A stretch of 64,000 nucleotides of DNA from Octopus sinensis. Its lineage: Eukaryota. The stretch spans positions 51,026,001 through 51,090,000 of the forward strand of contig NC_043000.1 of assembly GCF_006345805.1 (NCBI RefSeq), in the 5' to 3' direction. Every line of letters begins with the position of its first letter. The first letter of the stretch is position 1. The position numbers and the translations under genes were made by a program. Shown here piece by piece: positions 15,147 to 26,870 of the stretch. The notes under the pieces were generated by a model. The model saw only the letters and a program-made list of their open reading frames with translations. It did not search any database and was not told the origin of the DNA.

Positions 15147-15959
15147 CATACAAACTCACAGTTAAACACATGTATAGTAATTATTATTATTATCTAAAAT
15201 GCTTTCAGCAATAAATAATCATAGAATTGTGTTTTACTCAAATTAAGATAGAGTTTCTTGGATTATTATCTTCGCCCAGCAGCCATTCCAATTTAGAAAC
15301 TTCAATTTAATTTTTTTTTTATTTCAGTCACTTCTTTGAATTATTCTTTTGTGCTTCTTTATATTCTTAGAAGCGTAATTAGGATTTGGTAAAGAGAAAC
15401 AAGTTTATTGAGTTCATGTTCTCTAATGTTTGATTTACACAGTGTTTCTTGGAGATTTTGAAAATTTACATATTAACCTGTTATGCTAAAAACTGAATTT
15501 CTATTTTTGTTTCATGTTAACTATGGCTTCTGGTCAAGGGAATGTATTTCAGAAAACATTAACATAAAATGATAGTATTTATATTTGATATTTTTTATTC
15601 TTAATAATAAAGATAGATACTTAATATTGTGACTACTAAAATTTATAAGGCTTCCAGGATGGATTCTGGATCAACTGTGTAAATTGAAATGATCAATAAG
15701 AATATATAATATATTGCTATAAATAGTCAATTCTCTTGAGGCTTAGGTCTGGTCTGCACCATATGGTCCTGATGCTCTCTTTATGACCCTTAACAAAATT
15801 AGAATATTAAAAGAAAAAATGAAGAAAATAATCCTTGAATAATGTGTGAAAAATGATAGGAAACAAAGGATGTTTCTACACATATTGGTTGTCATTATGA
15901 AAAGGACAAAGTTTCTCTCCTTTATTCTCTTATGAATTATTAAGTGAAAATAGACATAT

Positions 15960-16160
15960 GCAAGCTGGCAGAGACGTTAGCACGCCAGGTGAAATGCTTA
16001 GCCATATTTCATCGGCCGCTATGTTCTGAGTTCAAATTCTGCCGAGGTCGACTTTGCTTTTCATCCTTTTGGGGTCGATTAAATAAGTACCAGTGACACA
16101 CTGAGGTCGATATAATCGACTTAATCCATTTGTTCCCTCTGTGTGTAGCCCCTTGTGGGC
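15960..16160 (+). mobile_element. tRNA-headed SINE, family B
   Basis: gctggcagagacgttagcacgcc...gccgaggtcgactttgcttttcatccttttggggtcgattaaataagtaccag; the central domain resembles the MetaSINE-type conserved domain (from memory). Confidence 0.85.
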
Positions 16161-16182
16161 ACGTTCAACTCCATTCTTTCAT

Positions 16183-16238
<56 letters not shown>

Positions 16239-16664
16239 CTCATACCTGCTATCACTCTCAATGCCCTATCATATCAACTGTTACACTTAACTTACCATAT
16301 CAATCAGCATCACTCATGCCATGCACTTCTACCCTTTTTATCCCCCCCACCTCCCCTCATGATCCACTGAATCTTGAGATGCTCCTGTATCCCATCACCA
16401 CCTCTGTCTTTCCAGCTCTCTATTCCCATCCATCCATATATAACACAAGGAAATCTTGTATTTCTATTACAGAGTTTGTTCTTCCATCACTCTCTAGCCA
16501 CTCAGTTGCCTAGCATAAAACCATTACTCCTCTCACTCTTAACTATTAACTCCATGCTACCATTTAGACAAGCAGGTTTTCTCTTTTATCTTTTCCTTCC
16601 TCTTCTTTTCCTTCTTGTTCCATTCATTTATCTTGCTTTGCAAGTTACTTGGCAATCTTGTTAG

Positions 16665-16830
16665 TGTGGCACACAAAATCATCCCAGTGCACTTTGTAAA
16701 ATGGTTGACATGGAAAGGGCATCCAGCTATAGAAACCATTCCAAAGCTGAGATTGGAACTTAATGCAACTCTACAGCTCTCTGTATCCTGTCAAAGTGTT
16801 CAACCCAGGCCTTTTAATGATGGTGATGAT
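16665..16830 (+). mobile_element. 3' tail fragment of RTE-type LINE or partner SINE
   Basis: aagggcatccagctatagaaaccattccaaa...gtcaaagtgttcaaccca...atgatggtgatgat, homologous to 32040-32206. Confidence 0.7.
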
Positions 16831-17067
16831 ACATGCAAGTCTATACATACATACATACATACATATATATATATATATTATATATATATATATATATAAG
16901 TTCTTCTATAAAGCTCAAAACATATGTACCGCAACATCCTTTGTGTCCTGTTTTTCATTTTATTTCATTTGATACATATATCCTCTCACATATGCTACTA
17001 GCTGGCATATACAGGTGCTTACATTTATCAAGTAGTCACCCTGAATTTATATATATATATATATATT

Positions 17068-17377
17068 TGTTGTTGTTGTTGGCATGCAAGTGGCTGAGAA
17101 CTCCACAGACATGTGTACCCTTAATTTAGTTCCAGGGGATATTCAGCATGACACAGTGTGTGACAAAGCTGGCCCTTTGAATTACAGGCACAACAGAAAC
17201 AAGAAGTAAGAGTGAGAGGAAGTTATGGTGAAAGAGTACAGCAGGGTTTGCCACCATCTCCGGCTGGAGGTTTAGGTATTTTTGCTCAATAAACAATCAC
17301 AATGCCTAGTCTGGGAATCGAAATCACGATCCTATGACCTCGAGTCAACTGCCCTAATCACTGGGCCATTGCGCCTC

Positions 17378-17379
<2 letters not shown>
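17068..17379 (-). mobile_element. tRNA-derived SINE, family C, with (CAA)n tail; copy 1
   Basis: Reverse complement starts tggaggcgcaatggcccagtgattagggcag...gatttcgattccc and ends gcatgccaacaacaacaac. Confidence 0.85.
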
Positions 17380-17442
<63 letters not shown>

Positions 17443-17611
17443 AGTTCTTCTATAAAGCTCAAAACATATGTACCGCAACATCCTTTGTGTCCTGTTTTTC
17501 ATTTTATTTCATTTGATACATATATCCTCTCACATATGCTACTAGCTGGCATATACAGGTGCTTACATTTATCAAGTAGTCACCCTGAATTTATATATAT
17601 ATATATATATT

Positions 17612-17921
17612 TGTTGTTGTTGTTGGCATGCAAGTGGCTGAGAACTCCACAGACATGTGTACCCTTAATTTAGTTCCAGGGGATATTCAGCATGACACAG
17701 TGTGTGACAAAGCTGGCCCTTTGAATTACAGGCACAACAGAAACAAGAAGTAAGAGTGAGAGGAAGTTATGGTGAAAGAGTACAGCAGGGTTTGCCACCA
17801 TTTCCGGCTGGAGGTTTAGGTATTTTTGCTCAATAAACAATCACAATGCCTAGTCTGGGAATCGAAATCACGATCCTATGACCTCGAGTCAACTGCCCTA
17901 ATCACTGGGCCATTGCGCCTC

Positions 17922-17923
<2 letters not shown>
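17612..17923 (-). mobile_element. tRNA-derived SINE, family C; copy 2 within the tandem duplication
   Basis: Identical to 17068-17379 except one base. Confidence 0.85.
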
Positions 17924-17973
<50 letters not shown>

Positions 17974-20061
17974 ATATATATGTATATATATACATATTCA
18001 CACAGAGACATATATATATTCACTTACTTTTAGAAATCTACAACCTTTTGAGGTAGTCCCCCTACATGGCCACATTTCAATGGCTAAATCAAGTAAAAGA
18101 TAAAAGGTGTGTGTGTGTGCATGCATGCGTGCCCGTGTGTGTATGTGTGTGTGTGTGTGTGTGGTGTGTGTGTGTGCATGTTTGTGTGAGTGTGTGTGAA
18201 TGTGTGTGTAGAACTCCCTGATGATCTATTACGTGAAAATATTAAATTATGGCAAGATTTCATAACTTGTATTTTATGATCAATGCATTTCTTGTGTTTT
18301 ATAAAATACTTTGTGAATATCTGTATGATATGTATTTTGAAACTGTAGAGTACTGGCTTGAAATGCCTTTTAACACTGATAGGAGGAGAGATATTGTTGA
18401 ATAGAGATAAAATCATTGGGGATCTTCAATTGAACATTTTGTGTGTACAGATATTTGTGCACACAAGTGTACACTTGTAAGTACATAAATGCATGCATCT
18501 GTGTGAGAGTTTCTTCTATATATTTGCTGCATCTAACTACTGTCCAGCAACAAGTTTTATTTATGTGTGTATGTGTGTGTGTTGAGATACATTGATAGAT
18601 AGTGTACAGTCTATATATATACACATAAGTGAACTTTGGCAAAGTGGTTTTAGTTCACATTTCAATGGCTTACACCCACATATATCTGTGTGCACACATA
18701 TATGTGTGTGTGTGTGAAGGCCATTAAAAAGTATCCCCATTTCATTATTTGTATTTATTTATCACTTAAAGGTGCTTTTGCCATATATTTTTCTTTCTGC
18801 TCATGTTATATCATAGTTCAAAGTCTTGATCAAAATGTTTGAGCTCTTATCAGTTCTTCATCTGTTTCAATGCCATTTGATATAATACATAAAGAAATAT
18901 ACAGTACTATATGAGAAACAATAAAATCATATGATTTTTTTTTTGTTATTTTTTGCAATAGATTTTAAGATAAAGAGACATCATATTGGTGCAATATCCT
19001 GATAGAAAATCAATGTATTGAAAATATAAAAAATATAGAAAAAATAAATCAACAAGTTTGTTATATTCTTAGAGTAGAAGAGGATAATGGAAGATGTACA
19101 GATCAATGTGAAGGTCAAATTTAAGTTTTTATCTTTTAGCTTATAAGGAAGAATGTGCTGAGCTTTTTAAGATGAATAAAAATTTAAGTATTTCCTTTTT
19201 GGTTATTTATGCATTTAGCATGAAAAAGACTTCTGAAATGAAATTTACGTGATGAAAACTGTTGAAGTTTGTAACAAAAGTACATTCCAAATTTAATTAT
19301 ATCAAAAATATGTGTGAACTTTTAATAAATATGAAAGTAAATTTAATTCTAAATTTGATTGCTTTTTAAAAAAAAATTTTTGGTTGAAATATATAGTTTG
19401 TTGATTTATTTTATCATTTTTACCATTAAATTATCAATATTCTTTAATAATATAAAAACTTTTCTATATTGACATTCACCTAGAATAGACTTCACCTTAA
19501 ATTTCATTTATATCTTTTGTGCCTTTGTCTGAAGTGTATGAATACTTTTTTTGAAACCAAATCTGAAACTGTTGACCTTATTCTCAAGTGTTATAGACTA
19601 AATGTATTGTACTTCAGTATTTTGTTCTGAAATATTTCATACCATAGTTTTGGGATAAACATGTCTTTTTTTTTTTTTTCTAATAGGTTGACTATACTTC
19701 TCCATGATATCTTTGTGTGTTGTTAGAGCTTATTTCTTATTTGGTTTTGTTGATAGATACTAATTGCAGATTTTAAATCAATTTCCTATTCATTGCTATT
19801 AAAAAGTATCTTGTCTAAGGATATGTTTATGGGTGTGATATATGTATATATGTGTGTGTATAGATAGATATTGATATGAATGGAGAGCTAGAAACAGTGT
19901 CAGCATATATCCTAATGCATTTTAAAGAATGGTTTAAACAATTATGTTCAAGTGCAGAAAACCATACTTAAAGAAAAGTTGAGGAGGCTATATGTTCAAG
20001 GAGCTATACTGTTACAATGTCCAATTTGGAAACTTTTAGGAAACGTTTTTTTCTCTTTAAA

Positions 20062-20656
20062 AGCATGGTTATGTGGTTAAGAAGCTCTCTTTACAACCAC
20101 ATAGTTTCATGTTCAGTCCTACTGCATGGCATCTAGGGCAAGTGTCTTCTACTATAACCCAAGGCCAACTAATGGCTTGTGAATAACTGGTGGGTGTTTA
20201 CGCCTACTGACTACAGACACACACACACACACACACATCTATGTCTTTGTGTTTGTCCATCACTGCCATTTGACGACTGGTGTTGGCTTGTTTACATCCC
20301 TGTAACTTTGCAGTTCAGCAAATGTAACTGGTAGAATAAGTACTCAACTTAGAAGAAAATAATGGGGCCAGTTCAACTAAACACTTAACCCTTTAGTGTT
20401 CAGATTATTCAATCAAACATAATGCCTCTTGATTCATATTGATTTGAATTAATCATGCATTATCTCATATCTTCAAGACCTTGATGGTGTAATTACCTAA
20501 TGTAGAATAACATTGTAGGGTAGGTGTGAGAGCCTGGATCTGGTCTGTTTGAACATAAAACAGATTAATTATTTTGGCTGGATATGGTCGGTTTAAATAC
20601 TAAAGGTTTAAAGGTGTAGCTGATGTCTAATGATTAAAAGAAGTAAAAGATAAAAG
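20062..20656 (+). mobile_element. tRNA-headed SINE, family A (RTE-like tail), interrupted by a TTAA MITE
   Basis: Head gcatggttatgtggttaag...gggcaagtgtcttctactata; body tgtttacatccctgtaac...agaataagtac; tail ...aagtaaaagataaaag resumes after the 20389-20607 insertion. Confidence 0.8.
20389..20607. mobile_element. piggyBac-type (TTAA) MITE
   Basis: TTAA at 20385-88 and 20608-11; TIRs ccctttagtgtt / aaatactaaaggt; no ORF. Confidence 0.8.
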
Positions 20657-20994
20657 TTATAATGGAATGTCTTTTCATAAAAAGGCTAACTAAATTCCTC
20701 AGACTCATGAAACATATATTAATAAGATACATTACGTATCATAACTGCTGATAGCGAGATGTTGCTCAAATTATTCTTTGGTAGCTTTAATTCACTTTTC
20801 CATTACAGATAGTACTTATGATCTAATTGCTTAGTAATTGATGTTATCTACATTCTTCTTAACCAGCTATTGAAATCTTGATGTAATGTTTGGTTACTAA
20901 GCAGTCAATTTAATAACTCTGTTACATGCACCAGTAATTGTAATATTCTCTTAATTACCTCTAAATTCAAAGGAAATCAACATTTATTTTCTAT

Positions 20995-21068
20995 TATTAT
21001 TATTATTATTATTATTATCATTATTATTATTATTATTATTACTACTACTACTACTACTACTATTATTA
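20995..21068. repeat. (ATT)n(ACT)n microsatellite
   Basis: Direct reading of the sequence. Confidence 0.95.
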
Positions 21069-21290
21069 AGGTAATGAGTTGGCTGAATCATTAGCATGCT
21101 GGGCAAAATGCTTAGCAGCATTTCATTTGTCTTTACATTATGGGTTCAAATGCTGCCAAGGTCAGCTTTGCCTTTCCTCCTTTTAGGGGTCGATAAATTA
21201 AGTACCAGTGAAACACTGAGGTCGATGTAATTGATTAGTCCCCTCCCCAAAATTTTAGGCCTCATGCCTATAGTAGAACAGATTATTATT
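21067..21290 (+). mobile_element. tRNA-headed SINE, family B, flanked by (ATT)n
   Basis: aaggtaatgagttggctgaatcattagc...ggggtcgataaattaagtaccagtg...cctatagtagaacagattattatt. Confidence 0.85.
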
Positions 21291-22913
21291 ATTATTATTA
21301 TTATTTTCTCCCTTCCCCGAAAATGTATAATCAACAAGCCCCCTTCACTCAAAATGTGTCATCTAGAAGAATTTAAATAGTACTCTGCTTTACTTTTTAT
21401 AAAAACAAAGTTTTTTAAATTACCTTGGGGAAGCTTTCAAACATTCCTAGATTCCCCTTGTTTAATTTTGGTCACAAAAGTTAAGGTTTCCAGACATATA
21501 GTCTACATATTTTATATTTTGTAAGTATTGCTTTTAGTCACCGGAGGTTTCTTCAAATGATAAAGTGAGAACAGGTGTTAGTAGCAGTGGTTGTAATTGT
21601 AATATAATTAAATATTGCATTGCTTAACTGGTAGAGAACAACAAGCATTTGACAGCATTTCAAATGCCAGGCAACTATGTTAATTTTTGCTGGACCCATG
21701 ACAGCAGTTCCATCAAAGAGAACTTGTAGGGAAGATATATCTAACAAATAGTGACTATATGTTCTCATCATCAAGGAATCTCTGCAGATGCTGTAGCCTT
21801 TGTGCATGTCTATGCATCATCAATTATACCATACTGAACTTTCCAATCTAGTCAGAAGAAAACTAAGGCAAGGTAAATAATGTTAACATTCTGAAACTAA
21901 ATTTCTACATTTTAGTCTATATTTCTTTTATTATTTTGTACTTTTGTACTTATTTCCTTCCCTATGTGCTTATAATATAATAAATTATGCATGTTTATTG
22001 CTTAATACTCTTTAAAAATGCTCACTAAATTAATGATGAAAAGTGATGGATATATTTTAAGTCTGCCTAATAAAACTAAAATAAAATACCTTGTCTAAGA
22101 ACATAGTGTGATAGTTGTGGCAGTATATATATATATATATATATATATAGAGTGCTGCTGATCACTGATAGCTTGAGCTCTGAATGTTTTAAGGCTTATA
22201 AATATAAACCTTTGCTTTGAATATTCTAAAAGTTCTCAGAGAAACACAAATTAAGATATATGACTGGAGTTTCTGCCAGTAATATAAATTAGACAATACA
22301 GACGATGCTTGTTTTAGCATTTAACTTTGCAATCAATATCTTAACACCCACTCATACCTATGATGTATTTTATCAATTTAAGGCCAGAAGGAAACAAACA
22401 AAAGGTTAGAAGTTACATGAAATAAAAGGAAGTTGGTAAAGCCATGTAGAATTATTTATATTTACTGCAAATCACATTAATTGCTAGTCTTAAGTTCAAA
22501 TAATTTCATGAAATTTTACGAGAAGCAAATTCTTATACTGTATTGTATGCTTTTGTTTCTTTCATTTAGTTTTGTTTTCATTTAGCTAACACTGTTTATT
22601 TTCTTTCTTCACAGTAATAAACTCAGTTGTTTCAATCACAAGCTGAGTACTAACTTTAGAACTAAATAAAATAATGCTTTGAATGAAATGCTAAGCAAAC
22701 TCAAGATGTTTATTAATGTTTCCTATTTTGCTCCATCAAGGAATTGTTTTACTACCATCATTATGAGCATTCATACTATTTTCTATTCAACTTGATTCTC
22801 TTGTACAACATTCAGAGAAATGTTTTTATTTTAGATGTTACAATTGGGGACAGAAATGTTGAAGGCGATTAAGTTTTTGTTGCCTTTGATAGGGGAGATA
22901 CTATTGTTCTTAC

Positions 22914-23013
22914 ATTTGTTAGCAGCAACAGACTGGTTGTTTACTGGATGTTTGGGATGTGGATAGAAATTGACTAGTGGTGTTACTGTTACTAGTTCTT
23001 TGTCTGTATCAAA
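22914..23013 (-). other. Candidate 100-nt internal exon (FDTDKELVTVTPLVNFYPHPKHPVNNQSVAANK), unverified
   Basis: Long pyrimidine tract plus aaccag acceptor, GTAAGA donor, open phase-0 frame; no recognisable homology. Confidence 0.25.
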
Positions 23014-23391
23014 CTGGTTAAATTGTACAAATGAAACAAAGATAAATAATCAAATCAGCAATATTTAATACACATACACATACAAATATAAACACACATG
23101 CAAACTCATAGACTAACTAAAATGAAATAAAGGAAATAAAAATTTTCCCTGATCTAAGTTAAGAACTATAATCATAGTAAAAAATATTTCGCAGTTATCA
23201 AACACTTTTTTATCATTTCATTGATTCCACAGTAGTAAAAAGAAAATTTGTACTCATACACACAAATATATATGTCAATATGTACAGATGTGAATATCTG
23301 TGTTTGTGTGCATATGTGCATGTTAATGTGTGTGCACATGTGTGTATAAATATATGTATGAATGTATATATCCTTTCTCTCTCTCTCTCTT

Positions 23392-23428
<37 letters not shown>

Positions 23429-23483
23429 GTATGTGTATATATATATGTATGTATATATATATATGTATGTGTATATATATATG

Positions 23484-23524
<41 letters not shown>

Positions 23525-23679
23525 ATATATATATGTGTATATATATATGTATGTATATATATATATATATGTATATATGTGTATATATATATGTATATAT
23601 ATATGTGTATATATATATGTATGTATATATATGTATATATATATGTATGTATATATGTATATATATATGTATATATATA

Positions 23680-23729
<50 letters not shown>
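23392..23729. repeat. Compound (TA)n/(TATG)n microsatellite
   Basis: Direct reading; source of the YIYI-type ORFs. Confidence 0.97.
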
Positions 23730-23732
<3 letters not shown>

Positions 23733-24194
23733 TCTGCTCAAATTTGAAAGAACTGATTTTCAAACACACAATATATTTGCATTCAGAAAGCTAATAATCA
23801 AATAAAGGAATAGAATACGTTAAATTACTATGTATTGATTATGATTGTACAACAATCAAAATTAACTTTTTTTGTAAGCTTTTGGTGGTGGTTAGGTTGA
23901 AATTTGGTTTCTGTTAGAATTCAAATTTCTGAGAAAGTATATATTTTAAAATGTATTACTTATTTTTACTTTGAAAATAGAAGTTCTTTTTGAAAGGAAA
24001 TAGATAATTCTCAATTTTTTTTAAAGCAAATTTGCAATATGTAAACTAAGCTATATCTAGATTTCCAACTATTGGTGGTTTACAAATATATGATTAGTGC
24101 AGCAAGCTTTGTTGCTATGATGTTTGCTTTGTAGCCATGTGGTTTCAGGTCTGGTCTCCCTATGTAGGACCTTGGGAAAAGTACTCTACTGAAT

Positions 24195-24575
24195 AGCATG
24201 ACTGTGTGGTAAGAAGCTTGCTTCCCATCCACATAATTCCGGGTTCAGTCCCATGCCACGGGATCTTGAGCAAGTGCGTTCTATTATAGCCTCATGCCAA
24301 CCAAAGCCTTGTAAGTGAATTTGGTAGATGGAAACTGAAAGAAACCTGTCACAATATGTGTGTCTTTGCGTTTGTCCTCCATCACCACCCAGCAAGAAGT
24401 ACTGATGTGTTTACATCCCTCATAGCCTAGTGGTTTGGCAAAGAGACTGATAGAATAAGTACCAGGCTCAAAAAAATAAGTACTTTGGTTAATTCATTTG
24501 ACTAAAAAACTTGTCCAAGGTAGTGCCCTGACATAGTCACAGTCTAATGACTGAACAAAGTAAAAGAGATAAAAC
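24195..24575 (+). mobile_element. tRNA-headed SINE, family A
   Basis: actgtgtggtaagaagcttgcttccc...ccgggttcagtccca...ggtagatggaaactgaaagaa...gatagaataagtacc...aatgactgaacaaagtaaaagag. Confidence 0.85.
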
Positions 24576-24589
24576 CTGAATATATATAT

Positions 24590-24975
24590 ACTAGCAGTAT
24601 CGCCCGGCGTTGCTCAGGTTTGTAAGGGAAATAACTATAAAGCATTTTTAGAGAGTTATAGCCAAAAAATAGCAAAAAAATGGAAAAAAAATGATGGTAA
24701 ATTTTTTTTGAGAGTTAAAAAAGGTGGAGTTGCGTCCCCTAGACGGTCTGTGGTTTGGGTTTCTGATTCTCGACCCCATGTCGAATTTATCGATTTTTTT
24801 CAGAACTGGGGGAACTTTTCAAAATTTTCGCTGCGTTAGTTTTGAATTATAACATTGGGCTATGTGTGTGTCAAGTTTCATCAGAATCGGTTGAAAGCCG
24901 TGGTCGGAGTGAGGGTACGAGAAAACAGACACACAGAAAACGCACAGACAAACTGCCGTTTATATATAGAGAGAT
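24590..24975 (+). mobile_element. Non-autonomous Helentron/HINE-like (DINE-1/Lep1-type architecture) element, young
   Basis: 5' actagcagtatcgcccggcgttgc; 3' aagtttcatcagaatcgg...acagacacacaga...aactgccgtttatatatagagagat; sub-terminal inverted match; inserted in a TA run; about 16 CpG retained. Confidence 0.7.
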
Positions 24976-25374
24976 ATATATAGTGTATGTGAGTGTATTT
25001 TACTGTTTCCTTGCCTTGACATCACATGATAGCTGTAAATGAGTGTTACTATCGTGCAAGTAGTGTATTTAGGGTTGGTTAGATGAAGAACCAAATATAA
25101 TATAATGCTAACTGATGGATTTTCACCTCACTCAGAGATTAGTGTGTAGTGGTGGTCTGCCCTTGGACAGATCCTATGCATGTGAACCGACTCCAGCACT
25201 CTCTATGCAACCTGGAAAGGTCCATATTCTCACCTGCTGCCATTAAGTAGAAACATGTGTAGGTCTAAGGTCTATTTATATATATATATATATATATTCA
25301 TAAAGAATTAAAGGTAGTGCTATGCTACTTTGTAATAATCCTTATTATTATTATTATTATTATTATTATGCCTT

Positions 25375-25575
25375 CCCCCTATTGGGAGTTTTAATTCTTA
25401 CTTATTTTCGTTGTCATCCTGCTTTTGTACATGGACTTTTTCAAACGGACAAAACCCTTTGTAACTTTCATCCTGTGTTTTGTCCCTTTATGTTTTAATT
25501 GATTTTTGTTAGCCCTTGTGGCCAATAAACTAACGAATTATTATTATTATTATCATTATTATTATTATTATTATT
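25375..25575 (+). mobile_element. LINE-like 3' UTR fragment with (ATT)n tail
   Basis: Ends gttagcccttgtggccaataaactaacgaattattatt; same tail motif as family B SINEs; (ATT)n on both sides. Confidence 0.55.
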
Positions 25576-26329
25576 ATGATATATGTTTATATACTGTGAG
25601 TCATTTCTGCTGACACACCACTGATTCTGTCACTCTGCTATTCACAGAGTAATGTGAAATGAAGTGTTTTGTTCAGAAACATAATGCATCACCTGGTCCA
25701 GGAATCGAATGCATGATCTAGTGATTACTGTTAAACTGCTATTGACCTCAATGATAGAGGAGGCAAATATAGCTAAAGTTGTGTATAATATATATTATTT
25801 AGGTCACCAAGGAATTTCATTTGATCAGTATGAATTTTGAATATAGGCTTTGACTGGAAGGCAAAGAAAATAATCAGTATTTATTTACTAAGGAATGTAT
25901 TTTATTTAGGAGAGATTGTTTTACTTAGAGGAATTAATAGTTAAAGCTTAAAATTTAAGATAAGTAATCGGTTAAAATAACCTAAGGTAAAAAAAAAGAA
26001 TTAGACCAAAATTAATTACAAATTGTTTTAAAAATTAATTAAAAAAATCAAAATACATTAATGTAAATTTTAAAATAAGGGAAAAATAATTAAGAATACT
26101 AAATTTTCTAATTGTAGAGTTTTATGATTTAAATAATAATAGAAACAACAATAATAATAATAATATAATTAAAGCAATAAAAATTAGAATATTCAGTAAA
26201 AGAATAGTGCTGAAGTAAATAATACTATCACACTGTTATGTATATTAAGTGTACTGGGCCTAGAAGACATATCCAACTTGTTATATTAGGGTGTACTGAT
26301 CATTACTCAGTTTATTAGTGAATGATTTT

Positions 26330-26870
26330 AATGTTCTTCAAAATAAGTGTGAACATCTTAACATTAATTCATTTCTTTTATTCAGTATGTTAGATTTGGA
26401 TGTAAGGATATGCAGTGTCTCATCAGGGCATAAGTTACATTTTAATTCATCAGCATTATACAGTAGTTCACCACTTATAAACTATTTAATATCATACCTC
26501 TCTTTTTAGGCTCCAGAAGAATTTACTTTTCTTCTAAATTTAAACAAGGAAATGTCATTATATAATCTCAACTTGAAGCCAATTGCACAAGATTCTTTGT
26601 TGTTACTGAATATTTGTGCAATAAGTTCTTTCTGGAGCATCAGTTATCCAGTGGACATTTGAGATGATTTTTACCGTTACATAAACAGTTTAGCTTTTGA
26701 GAGATTTTTCATTGGAAAATTTCATTATCTTTATCTCTATCAAAGTGATAGGCCCTCCATATTATACATCATGGAAAATAGTTGGTCTTATTTATTAAAG
26801 TTTTTAGATATTCCTTTTTTTTATGGTAAAGGTATATCTTTTAATGATGTATCAACGAATAGCTTCTCCA
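26330..26870 (-). mobile_element. Decayed Penelope-like element: N-terminal segment joined to GIY-YIG endonuclease domain, RT absent
   Basis: Frameshifted minus-strand translation gives SLKDIPLP*K-KEYLKTLINKTNYFP*CIIWRAYHF, then NCLCNGKNHLKCPLDN*C, FKLRLYNDISLFK, YDIK*, and KCNLCPDETLHILTSKSNILNKRNELMLRCSH. These match the PLE N-terminal and GIY-YIG/Cys motifs I recall. Confidence 0.8.

Larger units (their letters stand above)
16898..17985. repeat. 544-bp tandem duplication (2 units) bounded by (TA)n tracts
   Basis: Units start at 16898 and 17442 (aagttcttctataaagctc), constant offset 544; only one substitution seen (C17258 vs T17802). Confidence 0.97.

Noticed and set aside
23280-23794. Long YIYI/IYIY ORFs here and at 50491-51001, 56192-56714 and 62451-63858
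   Set aside because: Translations of (TA)n/(TATG)n microsatellites, which lack stops in several frames.
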